The notes under the pieces are model-generated. The model did not search any database. It was given only the letters and a program-made list of their open reading frames with translations, and was not told where the DNA came from. DNA of 64,000 nucleotides from contig OX597825.1 in NCBI GenBank assembly GCA_951406725.2, positions 54,188,001-54,252,000 on the forward strand. Direction: 5' to 3'. A program made the position numbers and the translations under genes. This DNA is from Octopus vulgaris (taxonomy: Eukaryota). Of the stretch, positions 26,673-43,557 are shown piece by piece (within the stretch, counting starts at the first letter, position 1; each line of letters begins with the position of its first letter).

Positions 26673-27315
26673 ACATAGATTACTTTGGTTATAGTTTTTT
26701 GTTTTTTTCAATTCAAAGGGATTTCTTAAACCACGTGTATACAGGGTGGACAAGTGTTTCTTGAATGCATAACGGCACATGGACGGTGAAGAGCATTTTG
26801 ATATTTAGTTACGTCCCTTTATATTCTTGAGTTCAAAGATCAAATCCTGCTGAACACAACTTTATTTCCCTTCTTGCGGTTGATAAAATAAGTAACAAGG
26901 AAATACTTGCGCCGACATTATCATCTATAATCCTCCTCTAAAATTGACATTGTTCCGATGCTAGAAATCAACAGTACGTTTTTCATTTATTCTTTCCACA
27001 CAATTCTTCCCTCAATTCCGTCACTTTTAGTATGTTTCAATTCCTTCGATCATAATTTTGTACACGTTTCAATGTAACTCATGGGTACACAAAAACACGT
27101 TATTAAGAGTGCCACAGATTTTTGCGTACCTGTGACACAAAGATATCGTACATTACTTGTTGGAAGCTGTAGTTCCGCCAAGCCTTATTTCACTGTTTCT
27201 ATCATCGAGCTATTATCGGAAAATCATCCGAAATCTTGGAAATTCAAACTTGGAGAAAAGAATCGTACGTCGACTGCATCTAAGATATAAATATCAGTGC
27301 ACAGGGATGAGTATA

Positions 27316-27475
27316 TGAGTGGCTCTGTGGTAAGTAGCTTCCTTACCAACCACATAATTCCGGGTTTAGTCCCACTACGTGGAACCTTGGGTAAGTGTCT
27401 TCTACTATAGCTTCGGGCCGACCAAAGCCTTGTGAGTGGATCTGGTAGACGCAAACTGAAAGACGCCCGTCGTAC

Positions 27476-27526
<51 letters not shown>

Positions 27527-27755
27527 TGTATGTATGTGTGTGTATATGTTTGCGTATCTGTGTTTGTCCCCCACCCCAAACATCGCTTGACAACCGATGC
27601 TGGTGTCTTTACGTCTCCGTAACTTAGCGCTTCGTCAAAACTGACCGATATAATATGTATTAAGCTTATAAAGAAGAAGTCCTGGAGTCGATTTGGTCGA
27701 GTAAAGGCGGTGCTCCAGCATGGCCACAGTCAAATGACTGAAACAAGTGAAAGAG
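27316..27755 (+). mobile_element. SINE family A, full length
   Basis: gagtggctctgtggtaagtagcttccttaccaaccac..cagcatggccacagtcaaatgactgaaacaagtgaaagag. Confidence 0.88.
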
Positions 27756-27792
27756 TATATAATATTTTATAGATGTATCTGTGCAATGCATA

Positions 27793-27824
<32 letters not shown>

Positions 27825-27861
27825 CATAAATACATATATATGTATAGATAGATAGGTAGAT

Positions 27862-27957
<96 letters not shown>

Positions 27958-28739
27958 GCATTTCTTTGTGGGTCGGGGTATATGATTTGTAAGAATGTAC
28001 TGATATATATGTGCCTGTGCTAAAACTGAGCACGTGCTTATGCCGGTCAAAACAAATCTGGTGTTATTGTTTATAGCCTGTTAACTAGCGTTTCGACAAA
28101 TTGACAAATCAATCAAGAAAATATACTTAAACTAATAAAGAGATAAGTTCTGGCACAATATGATAAAATAGATAAATATACACTGAGGAGATGCTCCAGC
28201 AGGGTCTTAATTCATCACTAAAATAAGTAAAACGATATACGTACGCAAACGCTTACGCACACGAGCATAAATATACTCATATATATACGTATACAAAGCA
28301 CGGCAGAAAAAGCTCCCGTATTTTTCATGGCAATTGTTGTGAGGCTAATAAAGTTTGCCTGGGAGGTAATGGGATATTCCCCAAGCTAATGCCTTGTTTT
28401 TGCTTATTTGTTTTTATCCCCCTCTACTTACAAAATTGACTTTAATCGAATAATATCGTGAGCTTGGTGTTGAAATGTTTAAGACCGATTAATTTAGGTT
28501 TCAATTGGCCGCAACCTTCATACATACATACATAAACACACTCATAGAGAGGTTTTGGTATCCAGGAGACCCAAAATGGCAGGTAAAGCTATGTTAGTGT
28601 TACGGAAGGAACGTAGTTAGACTCACTATTCGATAATACGATGAGTGAGGTGTCTAATACAGACAGGGCATATGTGAGCATGTATACGTTAAATAAAATG
28701 AAAAAACAAAGCCAAGGCATGATGACTGAAATAAAACAT

Positions 28740-28770
<31 letters not shown>

Positions 28771-28793
28771 ATAAATATATATATATATGTATG

Positions 28794-28829
<36 letters not shown>

Positions 28830-28860
28830 CATATATATATATACATATATATATATATAA

Positions 28861-28906
<46 letters not shown>

Positions 28907-28907
28907 G

Positions 28908-28954
<47 letters not shown>

Positions 28955-28961
28955 GTGTGTG

Positions 28962-29430
<469 letters not shown>

Positions 29431-29467
29431 CTAAATTTATATATAGAGTGAGAGAGAGAGTGGTAAG

Positions 29468-29501
<34 letters not shown>

Positions 29502-30368
29502 CATACATACATACATACATACATACATACATTTCAGAGGGAGAGAGAAAGAGACAGAGAAAGAGTGTGAATGAGCTAGGAAGGATGAAACAGGATGTTG
29601 GAAAGTAGTGATGCAGGGTTTCTGTAAACGGATAGGCAATTGAGAGAAGAAGGAGGAGAATCTGAATGCGAAGTGAAGCTAGCAAAATGTGACAGAAACA
29701 ACAAGTTATTCCGTGAATGCTTGCGAACGGTGTTAATGTCAAAGAACTGCAGAGTCGCACACACAAACACAGCATAGAAACGGCGGCAGCAGCAACGTTG
29801 TTCTAGTGTCGACTGCACTCACTGTCTTTTAGATCACAACAGTTGTCCAATGTCCACTCTTTTTCCATCTTAATACAACATTTCCTCTCCTCGTCTCCGC
29901 CGCGCCTTCCACTATTTCCTCGACGCCGATACTCCCTCACCCTCTCTCTCTCTCTCAATACTCCTTTCATAGGTTTCTTCTCCTCATTTCCAGCCTTTCT
30001 TTTCTTCATTTCTTTTTTAATTCCTCCAGATTATCGTTTACCACCACCTCTCCTCCACACTCCACCTTCCTCCTATTTGTATCTATTTTTTTTCTTTTGC
30101 TATTTCTCAACCCCCTCTCTAATTCTTTCGTGTGTTTTTTTCAGTTTTGTTCTACATCGTGTGTCAGCGTGCGTGTATATATATATATATATATATTCTC
30201 ATATATATAAATACATACACTCATATATACATATATTTTGTGATTCTTCCTTTTGACTTTTCTTTCTTTTACCAGACTTTGTTTCTTTGAATTACTCGGG
30301 TTTTCCTTCTTTTTCATTGCTAACTACCCTCTAGCCCTTCTCACTCTCTCTACTCTCGTCCTTGTGTG

Positions 30369-30445
<77 letters not shown>

Positions 30446-32649
30446 GAATTTATACATATAGGTGTGGGTGCGAGTGATTGTCTGTGTACTTGCATCTGCG
30501 TGTGTGTGTGTGTGTCCGCTCCGATCTCTCTTTCCTTCCTCTTCAAGTAATTCCTTCTATCAAATTCTTCACTTTGAAGAACACACACAGATAACGAAAG
30601 TCATAATAGAAGAGAAATATCAAATACGGGTGGGAGACGGATGGAGTGTGAGTTGGAGCACATAGATATTTATGACAGGAACGGAACATGACTTGTGACA
30701 TGTGGGCGTTTGGTGTATGTACATACACACTCATATGTATGTGTGTGTATATATGTATATATATGTATATATATGTATGTATATATGTATGTATATATGT
30801 ATGTATATATGTATATATGTATGTATATATGCATATATATGTATATATATGTATATATACACACGCACACACATGTATATATATATAGAGAGGTGGAGAT
30901 ACCTGTATATATGTATGTATGTATCTATCTATTATCTCTCTCTCTCTCTCTGTTTATACATATGTGTGTGTGTGCGCATATGTGTGGGAGTGTGTGTCTC
31001 AGTTGCCATGAGCGAGTGGCATTCGTATTGTTGGGAAGAGGTTTCTGTGGTCAAGTCTACTGTTTCTACTTTAAACTAAACCGTCGGAAGGATTCACGAG
31101 TGTGTAGAAGGGGTGAGGAGGTTGTGGTGATTGAGAAACTTTGATAGCAGGAAACTAGTGAAAGAGGCACTCCAGAGCCTAGAGAGTAGTGGAATGAGTT
31201 AAAGAAGGAAAGAGTCACAGAGAGAGAGAGAGAGAGAGATAGAGAGAGAGAGAAAGATAGCTTGACATATAGCGAGATACTGAGAAAGTGATTTCCAAAG
31301 TCACAGAGATCGAAGTATTTAAGAGATAAATATATATAAAGCAGAGCGGTGGTTTGAAAGAGATTGTGTGCGCTAGTGAGGGAGATAGAAGTCCATTAAA
31401 AGGGAGAGAGAAGTCGGAGAAAGAGTGTGTGTGATTGTTGTGGTAATAGTGTTAGCAGAGGTGGTAAGAGAAGGGGTGGTGATGTTAAAGTAGTGAGTGA
31501 TAGATAGATGTATATATATATATATAGATATATATAAAGAGCGAAAGAGGGAGAGAGGGAGGTGCGTAAGAAAGAGTGTAGATGATATAGATATGGAGAC
31601 GTAAAGAGACATAGCAGACGTTTGAATGAGAGAGAGAAAGAGAGTGAAACGAAAAGCAAAAAGAGGAGGTAGAGAAAGAAGAAAGATGCATGAACGAAAG
31701 CTGAGATAGTCATATCAGTAGGTGCGGTGTTTATAGTGGTGGTTGTGTTAGTGCTGGCGACGTCGCTGATGATGATAATCATAGTGATGATGGCGGTAGT
31801 TTTAATAGTGGTCATATTGATGATGTTATATATGTATGTATGTACGTGTGTACACATAGGTGTGTGTGTGTCAATGTGTGTGTGTGCAGAAACAAACAGA
31901 CAGATACTGTAGTGAGTGTGAAGGATAGTAAGAGAATTAAAATGAAAGTGAAAGTAAACAATGCGATAAACTACTGGAAATGACAACAAAACAAAAAGAA
32001 TATAAACACAAGCCTATATCCACACGTACACCGATATATATATGTGGGTGTATGTATGTAAAATTGTGTGTGCGTGTGAGTGTGTATGTGCATGTGTATA
32101 TATATATGTATATATATATATATATATATAGCGAGAGTCAGTGAAAGGAGCGAGTGATGGAAGAAGTTATAAAGAGAAAGAGTGAGGGTAGGTAAGAAAG
32201 TAAGAGAGGAAGCGAGAGAGTGAGAAAACGAGTGAGGGATAGAGAAAGTGAGAGAGAGGGAAAAAGAAAATTTGAGAGAAAAAAGAGAAAGGAGGAAAAG
32301 AAGAGAATGAGGCTCAAGAGTTTAATTTAGAATACTTGTTATTGTTATTGTTATTATTATTGTAATATTTTCATTTAAGGAGTGACGACGACGTTATAAG
32401 CTGCTTCGAACTTTGTGTGGAGTGAAAACTGCTATAATTAAAGAGAGATTAAAGCGACAGGGAAAAATACATACATGTATATATTATTTGTATTATATCA
32501 TATTATATATCCATCCCTCTCTTTATCAAGAATTAAAAAAAAAACGTTAAAAATAAAAGCGTTTAAATAGATTTAGCCGCGATATAGCCAGCAGCTTATA
32601 AAGAGATTTAGTAATATAAACCCGTTTATAAACTAAACTACCCCTTATT

Positions 32650-32844
32650 TCAGTCCGTTTGCATGGTGTTTTCAACGAGCGCCCGGGCTGGCCAGTCAAT
32701 TTACATTTAGCCAAAGCAAGCCAGCCACTCATTTCAGAGTCTTCGTTCATTCAACAGCCAGCCAGCCAGCCTGTTAACTACTCAGTCAGTCAGTCAACAA
32801 AAGCGCTCTCTCCATATGCCATTGTGAATCTATCTATCTGTCTG

Positions 32845-32910
<66 letters not shown>

Positions 32911-33779
32911 GTTATTTATCCATCACTATTTATCTATTTATCTATCTGTCCATCTATATATTTGTTTAAAACTGTCTATATCCGTTTAGAAATCTATATC
33001 GATCTATACCTATCTATATTTACATATCTATATGTCTATCTCTCAGTCTATCTGTCCATCCATCCATCCACATATCCATCCATCTATAACTACAACAATC
33101 TAGTTATTTGCATAACTATCCTAAGTGTGTGAGTGTGTGTGTATATGTATTTGTATAGCCCGCTAGCTACTGATATATCCATCTATCCATCTATCGCTCT
33201 ACTTAGCTACGAAGCGACCATTCTACTCCCACTTTTACCTTAACCAATGTGTACTACTCTCAGTTCGCCCGACAAGTTATATTTCCTCAGTCTATAAACT
33301 GACCTATCAATGGAAGTGTACAGTGGACGAGCTGTGAGGTTTATGGGAAATATTTATTACACCCGTTACTCTCTTCTACACGAGACAACACAGCAACTTC
33401 ATCCTCGCACAGATTTCGATTTCAACCATAATCAGTGAAACTAAAACAACAACAACAACAACAACAAACAGAGAAAGCAACACTGTAGCAACAACAACAA
33501 CAGCAACAATAACTACCATACCAAACAGTTGGAGTTTACAGGACAGCTTCCAGGTGAACGCTACTGAGATATTTTAGCTGTTTCTTTACACAAAAACCAA
33601 CATTTACGTGCTTTTTTTTTTCAAAAAAAAAAAAAGAAAAGGTCTTTTATTCGGCGTGTCGTGGGATTTGCTTCTTATTTTCTGTTAAATCTACTGCTTC
33701 ATTTTAAAGAAACAAAAAATTATAAGCAACTTCTAAAAAATGTATTTCTTTTATTGGATATTTCTTCCCATCTATGCAG
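32650..33779 (+). other. candidate first (5'UTR) exon ending at a consensus splice donor
   Basis: unique-sequence island in a SINE-free ~12 kb interval; tataaa at 32615 and 32627, Inr-like tcagtc at 32650; ends atgCAG|GTAAGT at 33779/33780. Confidence 0.35.
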
Positions 33780-33889
33780 GTAAGTGATATTGTTTTATGA
33801 TTTATTTTTTTGGTTTTTGTTTTTGCTGTTTTCTATTTCAGATATACCGTTTCTTTACATACCATATACATACACACACATAAATATAC

Positions 33890-33952
<63 letters not shown>

Positions 33953-34016
33953 TATACATATATATGCGTATGTATGTATATGTGTATATAAATACACATA
34001 CACACACAAACACACA

Positions 34017-34106
<90 letters not shown>

Positions 34107-34661
34107 TATGCATACATGCATGCATACTTACGCATTTGTACCTTAATATCGTGAGTAAATTACCTGGATTTTACACAAGAAGAAAGTTACTTTGTTCCTA
34201 CATTAGAAATTCGGGTACATGTACAATTCTTTCACTCTTAGAATATTCATACCTATCAGTTCATACATTATTTTGCGTGTGTCTGTGTGTGCGTGTGTTT
34301 GCGTGTGCGCGTGGGTGGGAGAGTGTGTGTGTAAGTGAGAGAGAAAGAGTGTGATAGTGTGTGTAATGCTTTATTTCACAAAAATTTGAAAAATATAAAA
34401 TGAACTAAAACGAAAATAACTCTAATAAAGTTTGTTTCCTTTTCCTTTATTCTATCTCTTTGTTTTGTCATCGAAAATTTCCTAGGACAAAAGTTTAACG
34501 ACATTCCCAGTGTAATGACAATATTTGAAACCGAGATCCTGTTGATCACGAGGCAAGCAACAACACAAATACGATGAAAAGAAAATTACAATGGAGACAT
34601 AACTAGAAAGTGAAAAAAAAAACCAAACAAAAACACATCATTTAGCTTAACTTTATTTTTA

Positions 34662-34693
<32 letters not shown>

Positions 34694-34905
34694 TTTCAAT
34701 CACGGACTCTCTCTGTGTTCAGTTTTGTCAAAATTGCAAAATCGTGATCTTCGAAACTAATAGATTTACTTGAAGAATGAGATATTTCAAAATAGAATTA
34801 AAAGTATTAAAAGAATTATAGATTTTTCCCAGTTTTAAACGAAAATCTCAAAGTACCATCAAAACTGTATTGGAAAAGGAAGAGGTACTGAGACGGTTAC
34901 ATTAA

Positions 34906-35028
<123 letters not shown>

Positions 35029-35303
35029 TGTATGTATATTTAGATGTATGTATGTATCTATGTATGTATATATATATATGTGTGTGTGTGTGTATGTATA
35101 CGCGCACACAAACATATATACATATACTTATATGAACGTAAAGACACAGTCATGTGTGTGCTTGTCTGTGAGTGTCTGTGAGTGTGAATACGTGTATGTG
35201 TGCGCGCGTGCGTATGTGTGTGAGTATGTGTGTTTGTGTGCGGAGATATAGAAGAACATTTCTAGTGTTTCACCTCACTCTTCGTCAGGCGATGGTCTCT
35301 CCC

Positions 35304-35358
<55 letters not shown>

Positions 35359-35544
35359 GTGACGAACAAGAGAGAGAGGGAAACTTGGAATAGCTTTGGT
35401 GAATATTTCGTTCCTGTCAGACAACTCTATACCACGTATCGAGCACTTTTTCTCTTGTCAGTATGCATTAACACGCATTACCACCACCACCACCCCACTC
35501 ATATATTGTTAGCTCTCACACACATACACACACATAGATAAGTG

Positions 35545-35611
<67 letters not shown>

Positions 35612-35738
35612 TCATATATATATATGTATATATATGTGTGTGTGTACACAAAAACTATGTATATATGTGTGTATACATGAATTTATTTATAGAGATAGAT
35701 GGATAGATACAGAGAGGCAGACAGACAGAGATGAATTA

Positions 35739-35781
<43 letters not shown>

Positions 35782-36165
35782 ACATGTGTGTGTGTTTGTT
35801 TGTGCGTGCGTGAGCGTGTGTGGGTGATGAGAGATTGTACAGTGTGGCCTTACGTAAATGTTTGTATCAATTCATTTATGCATATTAATAAAAAATATGT
35901 GAGTGATTTTGTCAATGTGCGTATATGCTTAACTTTAGGTGTCTAAGTATACATACGCTCACGTTTCTGTGTGTTTGTGTGTGCTTGTGTGTGTTTGTAT
36001 GTGTGTGTATGTGTGTCCGTGCGTATGTGTTTTTGTCTGTATATGCGTAAGTCTATGCAAGCATATTTTATGCTTGAATGCATGTTTACAATTTTGTGCA
36101 TGTGTGCAAGTGTGTGTGTATGTATCCGTATGTGTGCGTGTGTATAAACATATATATGTGTGTGA

Positions 36166-36209
<44 letters not shown>

Positions 36210-36769
36210 ATGTGTATATATATATATATATATGTATGTGAGTGTGTGTGTGTGAGTCTTTGTGTGTGTATGTTCGTATTTGTGTGTGACTCTTTCTCGG
36301 AGTTTATGTGTTTGGGCGTGTGTATGCGTACGTGTGTGTGTGTGTGTGAGGCTACCTTCCTGAGGATGTATATAAGTGTTTGCATGTAGTTATGTGTGGG
36401 TAACTGTGTGTATGTATATGAGTGTGGGAGTATGACTGTGTGTAATCTTTCGGTGCTTCCACGAAGAAACTCGATACTTTTGGAATATACGAAGAAATAA
36501 ATACGTTTGTATATAAGAATTTGGAAACGGAATAGTGAAAGTAGGACCGTTTTTCAAATTGTCGTTTGATAGTAATGGAGATGATGCAAGACGGTGAATA
36601 CTTGCCAAACTTTGAACTAAAATACTTTGGAAGGACTAAACTGCGTGGAAAGAAAACAGGCAGAAAGGCAGACAGACATTGTCAGGGGAGACTGTCAAGG
36701 AATCAATCATTTATTGTACTAATCGATCAATCGGTTAATCAGAATCTATCAGTCTATCTGCCTATGTTT

Positions 36770-36800
36770 ATAACAATCTATCTACCTATCTATATATTTG

Positions 36801-36896
<96 letters not shown>

Positions 36897-37037
36897 CCTT
36901 TCTTTCTTTCTTTCTTTCTTTCTTTCTATCTATCTATCAATCTGTCTATCGGTCCGTCTGTCTGTCTATCAATCTGTCAGCGTGTGTGTATCTCTCTCTC
37001 AATCTCTATGTATCTATCTATCTCGCTATCTATCAAC

Positions 37038-37134
<97 letters not shown>

Positions 37135-37270
37135 CAACTATCTGTCTATCTACCGTTCTGTCTATCCATCTGCCTGTTTGTTTATGTGTCTATCTATCTG
37201 TCTTTCTAACTATCTATCTATCTATCTATCTGTCTCTCCGTCTGTCTGTCTGTCCGTCCGTCTGTCATTC
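36770..37270. repeat. (TATC)n/(TTTC)n compound microsatellite
   Basis: direct reading. Confidence 0.95.
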
Positions 37271-37655
37271 ACTCTCTCTCTCACATAAACACACTCTCTC
37301 CCTATTTGTCTATTTGTGTATCTACCTACACATCCACCTATCTACCTACATATCTCTGTCTTTAGCTTTATTCTCCTAATCTATCCCATTCTCTCTCTCC
37401 TCTCACTCACTCACTCTCTCACTCTCTCACTCTCTCTCTCTCTCTTTATTCACACACACACATTTATTTATCGTTCTCTTGTGTATCTATATTTATCAGT
37501 CTTTATCAATATATATATTTATATTTTTTGTTGTTCGTACGTATGTACGTGCGTGATGTAATGTAGGTGTGTATGTAGTCTTGTGTGTGTATATATGCGT
37601 GTCAATATCAAAGTGCCGTAGTATGTTGTGTTTATGCATTAAAATAGGCTCGCAC

Positions 37656-37694
<39 letters not shown>

Positions 37695-38953
37695 TGTGAA
37701 TATACAAATGTGTGTGTTTGTATGTGAGTGGGTGTGTATCTGTTTGAGTGTCGTTATTTATATGTGTGTGTGAGTGTAAATACATATAGTATAGTATAAT
37801 ATATATATAGTACACTATACTATACTATATATACTCTAACACAGTTCAGTATATATATTGCATAGGTATCATCATCTTCATATCAGAAAGCTATCGCCAC
37901 AGCTATTGTAGATTACACACACTTCGCACAAGAAACTTCCCACGTTTCCGCACCGTTCCGCTACACATACATAGTCAGTCACTTGATCTGCTGAAAAGAG
38001 CAGTCAAATTTCCCTAGCAAAGGACACATTAGTTGATGTGATGGTCAATAACATAAGCCCTGAAAGTAAGAATCAGAAAAATAAGGAAGCAAAGTAAAAG
38101 GTAGTACGGACATCATTGGCATAACTTTGAATGACGTACTTGCGTTCGTATATACACACTTAATTTACAGACATATACATACATACACACGTACGTACAT
38201 TTCAGCCGGTATGTAGTTGCTAGACTCGGCTAGAAATAGCAGCAAGGTACCCTGAAATGACTTCTTGTGTTAGAAGAATTGGGACAGATTTTGAAAAATA
38301 GTTCTGCCTATACAGTTAGAACAAATGGTCACGGATGGACCACCTCTGATCATTAGTTTGATTTCTATGATTGTGAACCTAGGCCGAATCAACAACAACA
38401 CGTACGCTAGCTCACACACATGCACACATACACACACACACATACACATACACACACATACACAAGCACAAACATAAACACACAATGACGTTGGCGAAAA
38501 TACGGACGCTCAGACGTTCAATAAATACAGAAAAACGTAGCCACATGCGCACATGTAAACATACAAGCCATACACGTTGTCGTATTAAACCGAACGATTT
38601 CAGTTACATACGCACACACGTACATATACACACATTAATATACATGAAAGCTCGCGTACACGTACGTGAACACCCATATAGACGTACACACTGTTGTGAA
38701 CCCATATACGTATACACATTGACTTATTTGTAAGCTTATTTATATAACTACATACGTGTTAGCATACGCAAACATTTACAGACACCTGTGTCGACAGACA
38801 CACACACACACACACACACACATACATATATATATATATGTATATGTATACATATACGCTTGTATGTATGTTTGTATATATGTGTGTGTGTGTCTGTGTC
38901 TGTGTATATATATATATATGTGTGTGTTATGCGTGTGTGTGTGTATGTGTCTG

Positions 38954-38990
<37 letters not shown>

Positions 38991-39383
38991 ATATGTTTGT
39001 ATGTATGTATGCATGTATGTATGTATATACATCAAATCTGAGATATAAATTGCATACGCAAACACACACCTGCAGACACACTACTATCTCACACAAGCCT
39101 ACAAACGCACACACATTTATCCGTTTATTTTATAATTCAATGATAAGACATACGATGATCACCCATACACCACCCATACATACACGCTCACACGTACGTA
39201 CATGCTTACACACGAGTATGTACAGGCAAGCAAATGCCCAAACACACGCACACATCACACAGAAAGGCATATAGGCAGTTGTATACACGCGCACATGCAG
39301 AATACATATGACTGTTTACACACGCTGTTATAGACGCATTATAGACGTATTAAAACATCGTTAATGAAATATATACAAACACA

Positions 39384-39473
<90 letters not shown>

Positions 39474-39918
39474 CACACACGTAATCGAGCGCGTGCCTAC
39501 ACTCGCTTTCATACTAATATACGCACGTGCTTGTATACATTTACAAGCATACACGATGCCTAACATAGAAGGACACAAGTATTTGGCTGTGTACACATTT
39601 ACGCATACACACGCTTATACACACATATACTAGCATATGTAGATTCACTAATATAGCAACACAAACACATAAGAAATATAAGCTTACTCGAACATACATC
39701 AACACATACATACACGTATAGACACACACACCACACACAAATACACAGAAGTATACAAATACTATATACCTACATACGTAGGTATGTATGTGTGTATATG
39801 TATGTATGTACGTATGTATGTATGAATCTGTCTATCTATCTGTCTATTTATCTACAGATATATTCGATCCTCGCTTACATAAACTCACAAAATTACATAC
39901 ATACACACACACACACAC

Positions 39919-39968
<50 letters not shown>

Positions 39969-40079
39969 GAACAATAACAGAATCGCACACACACACACGC
40001 ATATATATCTAATAAAGAAGGATATAATCTTTATAAGAATAAGATGTTATGAAGTAGCCAGCGTGTAACGAACCATATA

Positions 40080-40154
<75 letters not shown>

Positions 40155-40363
40155 CGATATAAAAATACATACAAGTACATACGTATAGGTAAGCTTGGAA
40201 TGTCTCCACCTGTAGGTGACAGGTGTGCAAGCACAACAAATACATACACACGCACTCACACACATACCTATACATATACACATACACGTACACGTATACA
40301 AATACATGTGTATACATACACACTTGTCTACACAGATGCATGCATGTACATGCATACATATAC

Positions 40364-40406
<43 letters not shown>

Positions 40407-40457
40407 TCTGAATATACATGTATATATTATATATAACTACATATATCTCTGTGTGAT

Positions 40458-40506
<49 letters not shown>

Positions 40507-41640
40507 GCACGCACACACATAGTTATAATTGTGTGTGAGCGTATAGAAATTTCAACATATGAAAGATATATGTAAAGATGTGTGTATACATTTTTATGCA
40601 TTCGTCTATCCGTCTATTTATCCGTGTTTCTATCTTTCTATCTGTTAGTCTATCTATCTGTCTATATACCGCTCTATCTATCCTTCTATCTTGGGATATG
40701 TGTGTTTGTGTGTGTATCTTAGAGAGTGTGCGTGTGTATACCTGCCTATCTATAGGCTTACCTAATAATCTATCATTTTATCTATCTGTCTCTTTCTGTA
40801 TATGAATACACTGTCACACACACACACACATACACACACATACACAAATTAAAACACACAAGTAGAAAAACACACATCTACCCACATACAAATATATACA
40901 TACATACACAAGTGTATATATAATGCGCATCTACAAATACATAATGCACATACATGCATATGCTCAGATACGTGCTCAGCAAAATATTCGAAGCACCAAA
41001 TCGGTATTCCCTAAGCAGTCCGATAAAGTTTCTGACGTTTTCATATTTATATACACACGCACATATTTATATATGTATGTATGCATCTGTGTATGTGTGT
41101 ATGTGTGTGTATGTATGTATGCTTGTTTGTATACATGTATGTTAGTATAGGTGTGTGTGTATATATATACATATATATTTTTTTTTCGTTGTTCGAAAAA
41201 GTTCGTTTTCTATGATTTTTTTATGTTTTTGTTTTCGTTTCACACTGAGTCTACGGGTTTTTTTTATGTCCTGTACCCATATAAACATGTATATATACAT
41301 ATATACGTAGGTATGTACATATATGTATGTATATATGCATAGCTGTCTGTGTGAGTGTGTGAGTGTGAGCGCGCGGGTGTGCATGTGTGCGTGTGTGTGT
41401 GTGTGAATGTGTGTGTGTGTGTGTCTGTTCTACATCTGCGTATGTATGCTTGCAAGCATATATACTGTATTTAAAGTCGAGATTAAAAATATTCTTGTTA
41501 TTGTATGTGCTTCCTTGAATATGATTATATATATATTTGTATATATGTGTATACATGTAAGATTAAGTTTCTTTATGTGTATGTATAGGTGTTTGCGTAT
41601 TTATACATATATACAATCACACACACACAAACATATACAT

Positions 41641-41760
41641 AGGCATGGCTGTGTGGTAAGAAGTCTGCTTCCCAACCACATAGTTCCGGGTTCAGTCCCA
41701 CTGCGTGGCACCTCGGGACGTCGAAAGCCTTTTCAGTGGATAAAAGACCATCGTGTGTAT

Positions 41761-41815
<55 letters not shown>

Positions 41816-41860
41816 ATTTCTCTGTGTGTTTGTGTCTGTTTTTGTCCCCCACTATCATCT
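41641..41860 (+). mobile_element. SINE family A, 5' part
   Basis: aggcatggctgtgtggtaagaagtctgcttcccaaccacatagttccgggttcagtcccactgcgtggcacc. Confidence 0.8.
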
Positions 41861-42535
41861 GACAAGTAACAGAAAAATATATAGATATATGTGTATGTGT
41901 GTGAGTGTGTGTGTGAGAGTTTATGTGCGTGTTTGTGTGCGTGCATACTTGTACAGTGTGTATACTTATGTATACATGTCTATAGAACCCTCCGAAATAT
42001 TTAGTTTGATGGTCTTGTGGAGATAGAATCCTTTCGCTGCTGCTCTTGTGTTGTTGTTATTAGGGTTCTGGTTTATATTGCTTGTTAGCTTTGTTCTAAT
42101 TATGGTCTTGTTCCCATCCAATCTCCGTATATCTAATTTGTCCGCCGTTGTATTATACAACGTGGCGTATATATCTAATACGATAACGATGGCATACGAG
42201 GGAGAATTGGCTGCTATTTCTAAACCTCTAATTACTATCTCTATATTCTCTTGATTCTCTTGATCGTTAATGCTGTGTTTGTGTTTTTGCTGTTCGTGCT
42301 TCTTTTTTCTAGACTTGTGTTTGTTTTTGTCTTGTACTTGTGTAGTTTTGATCGTTGCAGTTGTTCTTGTTAATGGGATTTCAATGAAATGTTTTCATTC
42401 TCGGTAAACTGCTTATTTATATATTTATAGGATATAACAGGTTCAACTGCCGGTATTTGTGGATATCCGTGAGTGTATGTGTATGTGTGTGCGTTTATGT
42501 GGGTGAGTGTGTCAGTATGAACCTATCTATGTGTG

Positions 42536-42633
<98 letters not shown>

Positions 42634-43251
42634 GAGAGAGATATGTATATGTACATGTATGTATGTATGTACGTATGTAGAAACGAGCACTTGTGTCAGC
42701 ATTTATTGTGTAGGGTACAGAAGGCGTTATTGATAACTTGTGTATTGTGCATTTGAATAAATCACTTTTACTTGTATTGTATGCAGACTTATTACGTGCA
42801 GATATGGACTATAATTACATCTACCTCTCAATATATTTATCTATCTATTATCCACACACATACACACACACATACGCACACACACATACACACATACACA
42901 CACAAACACACGCACATACAAACACACAAACACATTTAAAGGTCATGTATCATATATTCTGAAAACTATAGATGTCACATGCCACCCGAGTACGGCCAGG
43001 TAGAAGATACCATGCTTTCGCTTTTTCCAGGTTCGATACAGCACACATTCGACCACTTGGCTTGCTTCGAGGGTTACACTATGAACGTGTTAGTACTATA
43101 GTTATATGGACTACAAGGGTGAGTGGCAGTGTTCACCTAGACTGGGTTCCAATGCAGAATCTGAGGATGTAAAACTCTAAAGCAAATAGTGAAACAGATC
43201 ACATTTCATCCTGTGCTTTCAAGATGCTACCTCTCTCTATGCAACTATCTG

Positions 43252-43417
<166 letters not shown>

Positions 43418-43508
43418 GTAGGTAGGTAAGTAGACAGATATATATATATATATATATATCTGTCAGTCAGTATGTATGTATCTATCATTTCTCATTCACT
43501 TTCTTTCT

Positions 43509-43557
<49 letters not shown>

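Noticed and set aside
35258-35292. Minus-strand CTGACGA..GAAAC resembling a hammerhead core
   Set aside because: No pairing for stem II or stem I and no properly placed GUH
36566-37288. Longest ORF (240 aa)
   Set aside because: Only the first ~55 codons are non-repetitive and unrecognisable; the rest is (TATC)n/(TTTC)n
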